A DNA stretch of 58,559 nucleotides, counting the filler, from Sphacelaria rigidula (taxonomy: Eukaryota), in assembly GCA_964200075.2 (NCBI GenBank). It is 6 parts of 6 records of this genome, joined end to end, with 100 filler letters (N's around TTAATTAATTAA, not from the genome) between each part and the next. Parts side by side here need not be neighbours in the genome. Positions count along the whole stretch, not along the records: positions 1 to 9,678 come from CAXNAA020007979.1; positions 9,779 to 19,456 come from CAXNAA020007980.1; 4 more parts are not named here. One strand, written 5' to 3'. The notes under the pieces are model-generated. The model did not search any database and had not been told where the DNA came from. It was given only the letters and a program-made list of their open reading frames with translations. This document shows, piece by piece, positions 1 through 12,983 of this stretch. How positions within the stretch are numbered: the first letter of the stretch is position 1; the number at the start of each line of letters is the position of its first letter. Made by a program: the position numbers and the translations under genes.

Positions 1-600
1 GAGGCCTACTGATTATCTTGCATCAGGATGACAGCCTACAATAATTTGCTTCTATTTCCTGGTATCGCCACTTCCAGAGACAGCCACGGCTTATACGCTG
101 CCTCATGGGTGTCTCACCATTCAAGCACTACGTAGTATGATCATCCCCATTGTGCGGAGTCGAGCTTCTCTCACGCCGCACAACATGATCTAGCTCGACT
201 ACGATCATGGTTACCGCAAAAAAAACGGTAACCTGGTTGCCTAGCTTTTGGTAGGGGGGCTATCGTAGGAAGTGCCAAAATTCGTACGACTCGTCACGAG
301 AAACGGGAGGGGTTGAGCACATGGCGAGTATATATATATATATGTACATATATAAATATTGTTTAAAAATATATTAAAAAATATATATACGCATGGTGTG
401 AAGTTCCAACATGCTTCGTTTAAATTGACACGGGTACACGGTACATCATGAGGTGAGAGTAAGAGGCAAAATCATGAGATTTCGAACCCGTTTTTGTTAG
501 AATATTATTTATTATTACGGCACGAAGGCTTCCAGACGTCGAAATATCTTTCTTTTTTCTGCGTGACTCACAACAACGTTGGTACCTTTTTAAAGGCGTT

Positions 601-1160
601 GGCGGTGGAGGGGATGCATCCATGATATTGAATTCCGCAGTCATATGACCATTGACCTCGCATCTCTACAAGCCGGGACGGAGCGCGCCGGGTTTTCGGC
701 GGACCAAGTTCGCCATCAATCACCATGCGCGAGGCGCCGTGATGTGTTCGGCGAGTCGCATGAAGGATGAGCCGCATTCTGCTACGATTGTTTGCCCCGA
801 AGCGTACTGATTATCTTGCATCTGGATGACAGCCTACAATGAGTTGCTTCATTTTCTAGTATCGCCACTTCCAGAGACAGCCACAGCTTTTACACTGCCT
901 CATGGGTGTGAGGGGAGGGGGGGGGGGGTATTCATGATCTTGCATGGCATCATCATAAGACCTTCGACTTCGCATCCCTACTAAGTGGGGACGGAGCACG
1001 CCGGGCTTTCGCCGAACCGGGCTCGTTACCAATCACCAAGTGCGAAGCGCCGTGGTCTGCTCGGCGAGTCGCATGAGGTGTGAGCTGCATCCTGCTAGGA
1101 TTCTTCGGCCAGACGCGTACTGATTATCTTGCATTTGGATAGCAGCCTCTAAGGAGTTGC
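601..1160 (-). mobile_element. Two adjacent subfamily-A poly(C)-tailed repeat copies (601-910 and 912-1160); a 5' part also at 1-245
   Basis: Reverse-complement homology to 6060-6373. G-run at 912-928. gtgaggggg is repeated at both ends of the second copy. Confidence 0.85.
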
Positions 1161-1722
1161 TGGGGTGAGGGGGAGGGGAGGGTGGAGACTGTAAAACTGT
1201 CTCCCATGCGACTACTGCAAAATAAGTTATGGAGGAAGCTGCCAACCATATATTGGGTTACAATAAAACAGAGATAGCTCCATATTTCAGTGCACAAAGC
1301 ATGGACACTTCTACATTTCTACGCAAACGAACAACGTGCCATTTTCTCGCAATAACTTTACGGTAACTTTACCGACCCCTCCCCCACGGTGGACTGTGAT
1401 CAATACCACGGTTTGTTTCGTTTCCCTCATACGGTACTCCAACCCTTATCCTGCAAAAAGGGAGAAAATTACTCGTGTATGTTGTTTTGCTTCGACAACC
1501 TCACCATGTCCGATTGCACGGTATCTATACCTGCCTCCTCGCCCCACAGGCTGGGTCAGGACAGCGATGCGTCATTTTCTACAGTAGAGTAACATGTAAT
1601 TTTCTACTTTCCGTGGTCGGGAGACGTCAACAGAACGAGAAGCGGCAGCAGTGGCAGCAACTAGTAGCAGCAGCAGCAGAAGCAGCAATGGATGACGACG
1701 ACAACAACAGCAACAGCAACAG

Positions 1723-1863
1723 CACACCCTGGACAAAAGAACACACTGTCAAGAAGTGTACTGCATACAAGAGTATCGACTATTGCGCCTGTTGCAAATG
1801 ACAAAATATTCCATACTGTACGCAGTACATATTTTTACAACAGAATGTATTGTTCAGGGTGTG
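1723..1863. mobile_element. hAT-type hairpin MITE, copy 1
   Basis: CACACCCTGGACAA...TTGTTCAGGGTGTG TIRs. Degenerate 8-bp TSD agcaacag/aacaatag. Confidence 0.85.
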
Positions 1864-4799
1864 AACAATAGCAACAGCAACAGCAACAAAATTTCATGAA
1901 AGTTGACGGCGCGCGTGAGTGCTCAAGTGCAAGGCGAGATCGAGTACAGGTACCGGGAGAGAGAATAGATGGGTTTATCTCCCAAGACTGCAGACTCATC
2001 CCGGAGGAGAAGGGAGGGTTTTGGGGGAGGGGGAGTCTACCGTAGGTAATAGGGTATTGCCGGCACATAGCATACTACCCTCTACATAACGCCTCTGAGT
2101 GACAATTTTTCGGCCATTTTTCGCACCATTCAGTGGCTGAAGTAATGTGCAGGGTACGTATTGTCATGGAACCCTTTCCCTTAACCCTTTTGGGAGCGGG
2201 CCTCCAGAACGATCAATGAGGCTGGTTGGGAATGACGTGTCTGGCGTCTGCACCAAACAGACAGTGGCGTGTGAAAATCCGCGTATGTAACCGCAGGGTT
2301 ATGACGAAGACCGAAGCTTTCATTCAATCTATTTTCAAGTGCAGAGTGCGCATTAGGTAGTGTACATCTGATGTAGTAGTATGGGTCGCGGTAGAGAGCT
2401 TCCAAGAGGATACGGCGACCGGCGGGCCGCCCGCCACTTGTGGCTTTGGATGGTATTTTTCTCCCTATCACCTTGCCACACAGTTCTTTGTGGTCGGGGT
2501 GGGCCGCCATTTCCCTCTTTGTTGCATGCGGCAAATTCTCTTCCAATGGTGTATCAGCTTTGCGGCGCACATACATACAGTATAGTACAGTACAAGTACA
2601 GTGCATTACGCCTCCCCGACTGCAGCAGCAGCTACCGTTGCATACTCCCTTGCATGTTCTGGGTAATTCTCAGCCATCGAGATCAACTTCCTAAATACCG
2701 CTTCTTCATCCCGGCCTACTTCATACATGTTAACTGTACACTGCAAGTCATCGGCATAGGGATAAGCAGAATTCGTGACGGTAGCTCTTTTTGTCTTTCC
2801 ACGGCCCACCTGGGTTTAGTGCCTCGTGAAAATGACCACATTTTGTAGCATGTACACTCCTTCCCATTTTTTTTCCGGTCGACCCCTGTGTAAGTATAAA
2901 GTACTGCGTTTCAGTATAGAATTGAGACCCAAAAAGCACTCTGGAAAAACACGGGAACACTATACTAAGTGCAAGTAATACCAAAAAAAAAAAACTGCCG
3001 CCACCCTGCACTTAGAAGCCTGGGTAGGCTTATCTGGGCCAGGGATAGAGCCCCCACACGATATTTGCAGTTGCATTACACTCGACAACAATCCCCGCGC
3101 TGGTCGTTCGGGTCTGGTCAATAAATTTCGCCTCGCCATGATTGGGCAGGTCGCTCGAAGACTTATTTTTTATTATTCCACTAACACAGGGTTGACCGTG
3201 TGTTAGTGGGGGTCCGGTCCCAAAAGGGTCAAGTGTCATCCTTGAAATATGGAATTTTTGGGTCCTAAAAACTGGTATCACACTCGGCTGTTATTTGTTC
3301 GAAAACTGCAAAACGTAATTGCCTGCTGTAAGTATGTGTCTACCGTACAGCACCAACCGGGTTTACAGCGTTTTTTTTCTTCTCATCTTCTCATTTTCTC
3401 ATATTCTCGTCTGTTGCTTTTTTTTTTTCTACCCTTCTTTTTGTTTGCTCACCTTGTTATTTTTTTTCTCAATCATATCTTGAGAAAGATGGGCTGTTCA
3501 TCCTTTGAGACTACAGAATCGTCCCGAGGAAGGGAAGGGATTGAAAAAAAAAGTATGACGAAACAAGAATCAAAATATAACAAGCAAGAAACAAAAAACT
3601 TGGGCAGCTCGTGCTGGATACACCATCACCTACGGTACAACCACAAGGAATAAAAGAGAAGACAAAAACGTGGGGTCCCACTTGAGTGCGGTATACTAAA
3701 ATGCAACACCATTTGAACCGCACTTGGATGTAAGGCCTCCCCTTATGACCCGATCGAGTACTGCATATTGCAGCTACATTACATAGAACAATGATCGCGG
3801 GTCTGAGCGGCGCACAGCATTCCGACCGCATTCCACTGCTGCAAGTAACCACAATGTTCTTCTTTTCCAATAATATGGAGGCGGTAGCGGTATTTTCGGA
3901 GGTGAGAGGCCCCAACACAGCACACCTGGCGTCTGACGATGCTGAAAGTTGACTCGATGTGTGGGTTGAAGCTGCAGGTATAATAGATGTAGCAGTTTCG
4001 GCGACCCAAGGCGTTTTGTGCCCTGCGTGGCTTGAAAGGATAAGTATGCACGATGCTGCGGTGATTCCGAAAACTATAACACTTTCTAACGACAAATCTA
4101 GAGGGTAGAATGCTTCAGTTATGTTCTTGTCTTGGGTACGTCTGTCGTGTGACCACGGCTGGATCCCTGGGGGGTCAATAAAAGTGCAACAATCAATCAG
4201 TCTGACCAACTCATCTACGATATGAAATCCGCCTCGGAGGCAGGGGATCTAGCGATCCTTGTTGTCGTTTACGTCGGCCCTCTGTCGGTAGAGGCTGGCA
4301 CCAATACGGGAAATGACTACCAGTAGAGGTTTTCCATATGTAATGAGGCAGATACCCGTGGGTTTTATGCGCTGTATCGAGCAAGATGCGGCCGCACAAC
4401 GTAGCCAAAGAGAAGAGTGTCTCCTGCCGAGGACCCTGCGAACCCGTTCGGGCAGGGGGTAACGTCTCCGCCCTCACAGAGCCAGACTTCGCATGGCGGT
4501 CACGACGATGGTCTGAGAATGACAGGGGCGGTTGCTGTAGTTTTCTTCCATCAGAATCATCCGGAGATTCTTCGGTGACATGCTCCCACGTGAAGACATC
4601 AACCTTTTTCTCTGACAGGCGCGTGATCGCCCTTTTGCGGAGTTTTCACTTGCTTCCAGGATGGGACAACAGTGCGAGTTGCATTTTTTTTCTTTCACGG
4701 ATGGATCGCCGGTATTCTAGCCCTGCCGAGGCATGGTTCGCATCGTACAGTCAGTACTACAGTACTCGCTGTACTGCCACCAGGAACACACGGTGTATT

Positions 4800-5005
4800 C
4801 ATATCATTTTGTGTGTGTTTTTTTTTAATATTTTTATTTTTTCACGTCTTAGTCTACTATGTTGTTCTGTTCTACTTTTTCTTCTGTTTCTTCTTTATCT
4901 TCAGCGAGTGTTTCAGTCTTGCTTTGTCGTGGGTGCGTCTCTCATGTGACCACGGCTGGATCCCTGAGGGGTCAGTTTGAGTGCGACAATCAATCAGATA
5001 ATCGA
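4800..5005 (+). mobile_element. Second LINE-like 3'-end family (gtgaccacggctggatcc...gtgcgacaatcaatc); also at ~4130-4200 and ~14760-14890
   Basis: Three copies with a T-rich UTR-like segment, a conserved gtgaccacg motif and a short (CAAT)n tail. Confidence 0.6.
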
Positions 5006-5099
5006 TCAGTGTCAACTTCGTCTGGTATTGTCGTGGCGGGATTCATTCGTGCAGTAAATATTATTTATCCCTGTTGTGCTTGTATCGCGTTTTGTGAGT

Positions 5100-5260
5100 T
5101 CTAATCTAGGTCTATTTTGTTTTTCTCGGTTTCGTTTGATTTCCCCATACCTTATTATAGGTAGCTAGCCTGTGACCACGGCAGACGTCCGCATCAGATG
5201 CCCAGTACGAATGTACCGTGCAGATATCGGAGCGGTTTTCAATGTGAAGACAACAACAAT

Positions 5261-5295
<35 letters not shown>
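5100..5295 (+). mobile_element. RTE LINE 3'-end fragment with (CAA)n tail
   Basis: tagcctgtgaccacggcagacgtccgcatcagatgcccagta...gcagatatcgg...tgaagacaacaac, homologous to 34662-34788. Confidence 0.85.
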
Positions 5296-5899
5296 GTAAG
5301 CGCTTCCCCTTTCCGTAGCGATGTGCATCCTTTCCCATCCGGCTGCCAAATGTGTGGTGAATGGTCTGTAGCGCCAGGTACCCATGCTGATGTCGAGACT
5401 TCTTTTCAACGGATGTCTACTCCTCTAGTCTCAGCATAGTTTAGGCCTTAGAGCATTACCGTCTCCAATCGACGCCGCGGATGATGAATCACAATCGTTG
5501 TAAAATGCCTTTCCAGTATCGAGAAGGAGCAACACTGACTATTTTCTTGTTTCTTTTTTATCACGTAGGTTTTGTGTTGCGTTGTCCATCATCTAGATGA
5601 AGTGAACTGAATCTTTGCCTACAACCGTTTAACCCGCAACTGCTCGCCATCCATTGAATCGGCATCATTTCACTTGGAAAATAAACGTCACACACCGCTA
5701 CCCTCCCCCACACACACAGTATAGGATATCAGTCGAGTGAAAGAGTAGTGAAGTGAACGAGGTTTCAAATCGCAGTCTGTCTCGTGAGGGAGGGGTTGGT
5801 AGAGTCACGGTAGTGTAGAGATTGTAATGACCCCGGCCTGCCCCCTCCCCGCCCTTTTGAGGGTCGGCGTCGGTTGGCAACAACGCTGTAAAACACACC

Positions 5900-6373
5900 A
5901 CTCACTGCGTAAGCTAGGCAATCAAGTTACCGTCTTTCTTCCCGCTTGCGTTTTTTTTCGCTGTAACCATCATTATGGTCAAAGTAGACCATCTTATGCG
6001 GGGTGGACAACCTCAACTCGCAGCAAAGGGGATGATCGTATTATAATAGGTGATATTTATATGGTGAGACACCCACGAGGCAGTGTCACCCGTGGCTGTA
6101 TTTGGAAGTAGCGATACCAGAAAATAGAAGCAATTCACCGAGGCTACCATCCAAATGCAAGATAATCAGTACGCTCCGGGCCGAATAATCTTAGCAGGAT
6201 GCAGCTCGCCCCTCACGCGACTCGCCGGACACATGACGAGCGCGTCGCGCTCGGTGATTAATTGCGACCCAGGTCCGGCGAAAACCCGACGTGCTCCGTC
6301 CCGGCTTTGTAGGGATACGAGGTCAACGGGCTCACGACTACGGCATGTAAGATCATGAAAACACCCCCCTCCC
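5900..6373 (+). mobile_element. Poly(C)-tailed interspersed repeat, subfamily A, longest copy
   Basis: gtaagctaggcaa...atgcaagataatcagtacgc...gtgctccgtcccggctttgtagggat...gactacggcatg...acac-CCCCCC. Homologous pieces occur in five of the six scaffolds. Confidence 0.85.
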
Positions 6374-6617
6374 TGGCGGTCAAACGCTTCATCCCTTAGC
6401 ACAACACTACATGTACCACAATGCTGCACTGAAAAGAGGGTGGTTCACAACTTCCAATTTGTTCGGGGTGCAGTAGGCGCTCGTCTCTGCCACAATACCA
6501 TGTACCACAGATGTCCCGATCCTCTCGTCGAGCAACCCAAGGAGAGGAACTGAACTGCTCCTTTTCTTGTTGGAGGTTTCGAGTCAATGAGACCCCCCCC
6601 CCCGCCCCCCCCTCTCG

Positions 6618-6732
6618 AGCCTGGTCCGGCGAAAACCCACCGTGCTCCGTCCCCGCTTTGTAGGGATGCGAGGTCAATGGTCAGAGGACTATGGCATGTA
6701 TGATTACGAGTAGCCCCCCCCCCTCCCTCCCC
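6618..6732 (+). mobile_element. 5'-truncated subfamily-A copy between C-runs
   Basis: cctggtccggcgaaaaccc...gagtagCCCCCC, with C-tracts on both sides. Confidence 0.8.
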
Positions 6733-8083
6733 TTTACCAAAATCGCACTCGAGTGGGACCTTCCACTGTGTTCACTGTGGTACAACGCACTGTTGAATTT
6801 ATTATACTTCAACAACAGTAGACCATATCAAATGTAAGGCGGGTATGTACCTGGCTGGGGGAAGCTAAAAATGGATTGAACGCTCGAGATCACGGCTTCG
6901 CCCAGAGGAAGGGGAAAGGGTTGAAAGTGTTAAAAAAAAAGGAAAAAACAAACAAAAAAAATTGTATGTGCATAAAACTGTTTCCTAATACAGACACCCA
7001 CATATATATACTTATATATATATATATATATATACAAGCCGTACGGGACTCGGGGCTGCGCCCCGGTCCCGTCCCTCTTTCTCGAGGGTCTCGGTATTCT
7101 TGCCTTGCCAAGCCCTCGTGAGAACAGATCCTCTCTCGAAATGCTCACGCCCGCCGGAAACATTGCAGGACCACCGCGATCGCGCATCCGTTCGAACGGT
7201 CGCGAACGCATGTGTACCCCCGCACGAAGTAAAGTACGAATCTGCTAAACGGACCCCTAGCATTGGCATTGGCCCGAACAGTCGTCTCTCGGGGCGGGGG
7301 CGGAGGAACTTGGACACTACAATCAGCATTGAATCTCGTGGACGCCTCGTTACAAAGTATGCTTGACGCTCGTGAATTCGAAATATTTTATATATATATA
7401 CTATATATATTCTGAAAAAAAGGCACGAACGCAAAGCGTGACACACAGCATAATACGCTCAGACACTGTTTAGGCACGACCGCTTCATCTTTCATGCTTG
7501 TTGAAACGTACGCTTCTGTCCTTGAAGGAAGGAGGGAACCTCACCCAGCACTGACCCCGCAAGCGGATTCGTGTGCCGATTACCTGGAGGCTCGGCTAGA
7601 CCGCCTCGCGGCAGTCTTGTGGAGGGGTAGGCGCCTCGAGCGTTCGGAAATCTTACACGGTTAGGACGAATCATCACGACTAAAAATCACCAAATCCACG
7701 ATTTCTTCGGCCTGATTGCCCAAAAGGNNNNNNNNNNCAAAGCCTGGGGATTGATTCGTACGATTCGAATCAATCATACTAAAACCAAGTGATTTCCAGA
7801 CGAATCGTTATTTGTCCGACCCTTGGAAATCTCTGCTCAAGCCAAGTGTGGGGGTCAAACCCACTAGAATCCCCCTGTAAGCTTGGTGCAGTACACGCGC
7901 CGGCCTGCTCTCATGAGCGTCGGCCCTGAGTTGTTTGTGAGGTCTACTGTGGTAAATATATAAAATGCAGTTCTCGGAACGTGGTGCAGTAGTGGTTGGA
8001 GAATAGCGAAAGCAAACGCAGTACATGCAAGCATCAGCGTTCTGCGAATCAAGTCAGTCAGGTCGGTCATTCAGTCGAATCAC

Positions 8084-8216
8084 CTTTGGTGCTGATGAGG
8101 AAAACGAAAACGCCGTGGCGCTCCGAGTTGAACTGCTTGATTCTCGCTTGGCGGTCCTTGGGGGAGGTGTTGCCGTCCAGCCGGCGGTACGAGTAGCCCT
8201 TCGCCCCCACGAAGCT
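8084..8216 (-). CDS. Internal exon of a SNF2-family DNA helicase/ATPase (HELICc lobe; ERCC6L2/CSB-like)
   Basis: Not in the ORF track. Minus strand reads AG|SFVGAKGYSYRRLDGNTSPKDRQARIKQFNSERHGVFVFLISTK-G|GT, matching the SNF2 RLDGxT...FN...VFLISTKAGG signature. Canonical AG/GT boundaries. Subfamily is a guess from recalled motif similarity. Confidence 0.9.
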
Positions 8217-8574
8217 CTTGTTTTCGGTAGAAAAAGATAACGTACGTCAAGCGCGTTTTGTATGTATACGTTAAAATTCAGGTATTCATACATACGTTCG
8301 GGCGTATGTGTGTATGTGTGTAGGCGTATACTCTCTCCTCGTCAAACAAACTCAAGTCCAATGTGTGTCTAAGCGAACGATTGCTGGTGCTCATGGTGGG
8401 GGTACACGCTTCAAGGATACTCCTGCACTGCGCGAGGATGCCCTACTTTATTGACTGAGTTGTTGTGTTGTGTTCGGACCCGTCAGTACTACGAGTAAAA
8501 CTACGATGGGTCGCGCTCACTTTTGTTGGCGTACGTACGAGAGACGATGAGGTGATCAAGCAGCCATTTCATCA

Positions 8575-8866
8575 TTATTATTTCGTTTTTATTATTATTG
8601 GTCGCACTTTGAACCCCTCCCCTTCCTCGGGACGAGTCCGTGGTCTCAAGGGATCAACCCATCTCTCCCCGGTACACACCTTGCATTTTACCCCGCACCG
8701 TGTCAACTCACGTCAAACAAACCCAGTCGACTACTTTGTTTACTCACGTTCTCGCGTTTTCCACGGTGGAGATCAAATGCTACGAAGAAAAAACCCAACG
8801 CATCGGGAATCAAACGCTCGTTCTCCACCCGAACCGCGACAGTCGGACCACTACACCACCGGGGCG
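8575..8866 (-). mobile_element. tRNA-derived SINE family 2
   Basis: Head ggtggtgtagtggt... and a body ending gaccacggactcgtcccgaggaaggggaggggttcaaagtgcgac plus an (AAT)n tail. Homologous to 35405-35702. Confidence 0.8.
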
Positions 8867-9678
8867 CGGCAAATACGTACTGTTACCCTTGCCGCAGGTC
8901 TTGACGAATCAATCGCCAGGTCAATGGCCTTATGACTATGGCATGCATGATCATGAGTACACCTCTCCCCGTCCTCCCCCCGCCTACTCTCCACTATTTA
9001 CTCTTGAATAAAAAAATACATGTCATTATCCAAAAACCCACCATCAGTACTCAGACGACACGGAGACCTCTATTCATCCAGGCCGCTCAACAGCTGCACG
9101 AGTGTTCCAACGCACACAAACAACCAACTGGTTAGGTGGGCTGATCTTTTACCCACCATGCACCACCGCCTGTGGGGTGTGTGTGGTGCAGATTCCAGGA
9201 GACTCCAAAACTCGGCCGTCTCGCCCGTGTCTTTTTCTTCATTCACACCACATGAATTCAACCTTTTCTGACTCGCAGTCAACTCGTATCAAAAATCTCA
9301 AAAACAGGGTAAACTCTTGCTCCGACTCGAGGAACACATACTATTTGAATACCTTCATGACGTAAACCAGCCTCGTTTTCGAAAGTCTGGCCACGTCTGG
9401 CAGTCTGAAGTCTGGCCACGTCTGGCAGCCTGATCACTTGGATCCAGACCCCCCCCCCCGCTCGCTAGAAATAACTCCCACCACCGAGCCACTTAGTCAG
9501 CGCTAACTGAGTGGCTCAGTGATGCAGTTATTTCTGACGAGAAAAATCGCGCCGAAAATCGAACTTTGTACTTCTTTCTGACAACCCCCCCCCCCTCCCC
9601 TGCTCCCCTTGCTCCGTCTCTGAAGGGATGCGTGGTCAATGGTCAAACGACTAAGGCAAGCAACAAATGAGTACGCCC

Positions 9679-9778
9679 NNNNNNNNNNNNNNNNNNNNNN
9701 NNNNNNNNNNNNNNNNNNNNNNTTAATTAATTAANNNNNNNNNNNNNNNNNNNNNNNNNNNNNNNNNNNNNNNNNNNN
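9679..9778. other. Artificial scaffold-joining spacer (N44-TTAATTAATTAA-N44)
   Basis: Exactly 100 bp with a six-frame-stop linker. Identical spacers occur at four other positions. Confidence 0.98.
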
Positions 9779-11677
9779 GGTCCGCCCCTACAAAGCCGGG
9801 ACGGAGCACGCCGGGTTCTCGCCGGACCAGGCTCCCGAGGACGGGGAGGGGTTGAAAGTGGTTCAACGTGTGACGAGGGGAAAATGGGTGGCCCTCTTCG
9901 AGAGCCGTGGTTGAAGGTGTCCCGAGCGTCAAAATATCATTGATGGGAGCGTTGAGGGGCGTTTCCAATTGAGTATTCAAACATCACGTTTTACTGAGAT
10001 GCAGATTTCACCTGATTTCAAAACACGCGGAGCTCTCCCATCGCAGAGGTTTTGGAGTTTTCGGAAAGTCTCTGAACACAGCTTCTGACCAAGCCCACTG
10101 CGGGGTACTCGACTTCGTGAGGTTATACCCGAATAGTAGCTTTGCCCACTATAACCGAGACACGCGGTTGTACACGCTTTCATCCATCGTAACGGAGAGT
10201 TACAAGGCAAGACTTGGTAGCCGTTAATATTCGCATGTGTTTTACTTTAACTCGCGTTTCTGTTTTTGATTCATCAATTGTACAACCGTTAGTAAGCTTT
10301 CACGTGTTGTCGATGTACCATGGACCATGCTTCACAAGCAGTTACGAGTTTTCTCGGGTCATCATCCATCTATCGCGCCGCTTTTTGACCGACGTTTGAT
10401 TACCATTACACCGAATGCACCCTGTGCAGACCCGCTACGCAGCCTAGGTACAAAGTGAAGTGACTGCGTCTGCGTCACCCCTAGTAAGGAAGCCTCGGCT
10501 TGTGTCAACTTGCGTTCTACCTCGAAGCAGTGCAGCACTGCGTGCTGCGCTGAGCATACGATACTGTACTATGCCGTGCTCGGTATGCAGACTATGCAGT
10601 ATTGCAGACCCTTGCAGAGCTGTTTTTGCTCACCACGAAGCAGCTGACAAGCTGCGATGTGAGCGTCGCCCCGACCTATGGAATTATTCGCCTCTGTGAA
10701 GCGTTGTTATATTCCGTAGTGCACCACTGCTGGATGTACTGACTGCGTTGTGCTGTACTGTACTGCACTGTACTCTACTGTACTCTACTGTACTCGACTT
10801 GTTGTGCAGACCACGTAGTACCGGGGACCGTAGGACACCTCTTATTGCAAGTCAGGAAACAGTCAAGTTGAGAGAAACGCGAGTCTTTTCTTCACGGAAA
10901 ACATTTTCCTAGTTTCTTGTTTTTGTCTCTTCTTGCCGAAGTTTTCCAAGATCCAAGTTTCAAGGACGATGGATTGGAAAACAATGTAGGTACACGCCAA
11001 CCATGACTCCAGCTTTTAAAAAAACACACTATTCAAAACGCCTCTTAACGTTATTATGGGCGACTTTTCCCCCTAGATCTGTGTTACCGTCTCGTGGATG
11101 GGAGAGGGATCTCGTGATGGACGTGGTGGTGTAATTCGTGCGACGCATAAGCTCACACCTCATGTACCTATGGTTCCGTCAGAGTTTGAGATCAAAATGC
11201 GCTTTTTGCACTCGATAATGTTGATATAGCAGTGCACACGAGTAGAAACAGACACGAAGAATAACAGAAATACGAAAAAATTCCAGCTGAATCAACTTCG
11301 AGAATCATAGACACATTGCACATGTTAATGCTTTCCCCCCGCCCCCGCTCTGTCTCTTACTTACAAACCGTGCCGGGTTAGGTCTCGACTTCCACAGCAA
11401 AGAAGCTGGTGTGTAACATTCGGGGAGGGGCGGGGTCGACCACTCAGGTGAGGGGATGTATTTTTATAATTAATGTTCGTGCAGTCGTACGACGCTTTTG
11501 TACAGTATTTCCAAAGTACAGGGAGGAGAGATGTATGGCAAGAGAGTGTCGGTGCTGAGCAAGCCGGAGCTATCGGATCGGGGGGGGGGGGGGGGGGGGG
11601 GCCTGTTTGAATTTGTCGAGAAGCTCCGCAAGAAAATGTATCCACTCTGTCGTTTCGTGTTGAGCGCCACAATGATT

Positions 11678-11815
11678 CACACCCCAGACACAAGATCACG
11701 TTGTCAAAATGTGTACTGCGTACAGTATCGAGTATTGCGTCTATTGCAAGATACACAAGATTTCATACTGTACGCGGTACACTTTTTGGTGATGTAATGC
11801 AATGTCCAGGGTGTG
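11678..11815. mobile_element. hAT-type hairpin MITE, copy 2
   Basis: Same family. Degenerate TSD caatgatt/cgatgata. Confidence 0.85.
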
Positions 11816-12064
11816 CGATGATAACGAAACGCACGGAGATTTATTCGGGCATTGGTAACTACTACACGGGAGATGCACCGGCGCTGTAGCCTCTTTCCCC
11901 GCCCTTGCAATTTGGCTGTGCACAGACACACACACCACCACCACCACCACCACCACCACCATCAACGGGTGAAGAAAACGAAGCCCGCGTACCAGTGAAG
12001 TGCGTGTCATACTCAAACGCCTCTCTTGGTTACGGATGTGTCGTGCGTCGCTATTGTATGTCAG

Positions 12065-12199
12065 ATCAACCATTTGACGGACGGGATGAAGGTCGGGCTG
12101 ACGAACGAGGTGGAAAAACACTCGGATAAACTGGAGCGCAACGCCGTTTGGTCGCTGCGGAGCCGGATCAAGCGTCTCCCCCGCTATCTCTGTGTTCAG
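12065..12199 (+). CDS. USP14: USP14/UBP6 ubiquitin-specific protease, internal exon A
   Basis: cag|INHLTDGMKVGLTNEVEKHSDKLERNAVWSLRSRIKRLPRYLCVQ|gt resembles the USP14 segment TKQSPTLQRNALYIKSSKISRLPAYLTIQ. Phase 0/0. Confidence 0.93.
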
Positions 12200-12908
12200 G
12201 TGACGACACGGTGCAAGCTTGAGCCACTTGCGTCACTGTATGTAGTATAGTGGTTGGGGGCGCGCAGCACCGGGTACAGTACCGGTAGAGGTGACGCCAA
12301 CTCGGCGACGAAAGCCCAGGGTTTGACAAAGGTCGGTTTCAGTGTGGACGATCAATATTCCACACCACGGACGACTCACTGCTCATCGAAACGAGTGCAG
12401 TCGCGAATGGTTTTTGAAAACACAACAAGCATGACTCGTGTGCCCGAGTCTAAACTTTTTTTACAACGAGCAATGACTCGTGCGCCCGAGTCATTACTCT
12501 TTCTCGAGTGCTCGCCCTATTAACTTTCACAGCCAACGAGCAGTCCGACGAGTGTGAGTGCCACGAGTCACACTCGTGCTCGTCCGATGTATGCAATATT
12601 CGGATATTTGAGCCAAAGCAGTGTACCTGTTACCCAAGGCACTCTCGATACCCCCCTTGGTCGAGGATGCTTGGTATGCCTAGTATTTGAGGATAGCGTT
12701 GGTGTTGGCGTTAGCGTTGGCGCGATCACAGACATGTTTTTCCTCATTCTTCTATTGGCATATATATATATATATATTGGTATTCGTGCTCCTGTGAAAT
12801 TGATGTTTGTTCAACCACACTAAGCGCGTGTTTTTCACATCGGCTCTTGTGTCGTGCGTCCACTTTCTATATGTATCATGCCGTTGTCGTTTTTTTTCTT
12901 CTTCCCAG

Positions 12909-12983
12909 GTCCTTCGTTTCTACTGGAAAGTGACTCCAGACAGCATGGATCATCAGGGCGTCAAGTGCAAGATTATGCGACCT
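12909..12983 (+). CDS. USP14: USP14/UBP6 internal exon B
   Basis: Polypyrimidine-cag|VLRFYWKVTPDSMDHQGVKCKIMRP|gtgag continues the USP14 MVRFFYK...AKVLK segment. Confidence 0.92.

Noticed and set aside
2472-2557. HKELCGK exon as the SNF2 (S/C)GK motif exon
   Set aside because: It lies downstream of the RLDG exon on the minus strand (wrong order unless mis-scaffolded at 7728-7737), and the similarity is only 3 residues.
6155-6358. Recurrent small ORF MQDNQYA... (also 1033-1245 and 15780-16232)
   Set aside because: Translations of the poly(C) repeat. Frame and stops are not conserved among copies.
8088-8135. Minimal hammerhead-like CTGATGA...GAAA...hairpin on the plus strand
   Set aside because: The stem III base pair next to the cleavage triplet is mismatched, and the sequence is fully explained as the antisense of the SNF2 VFVFLISTK exon.
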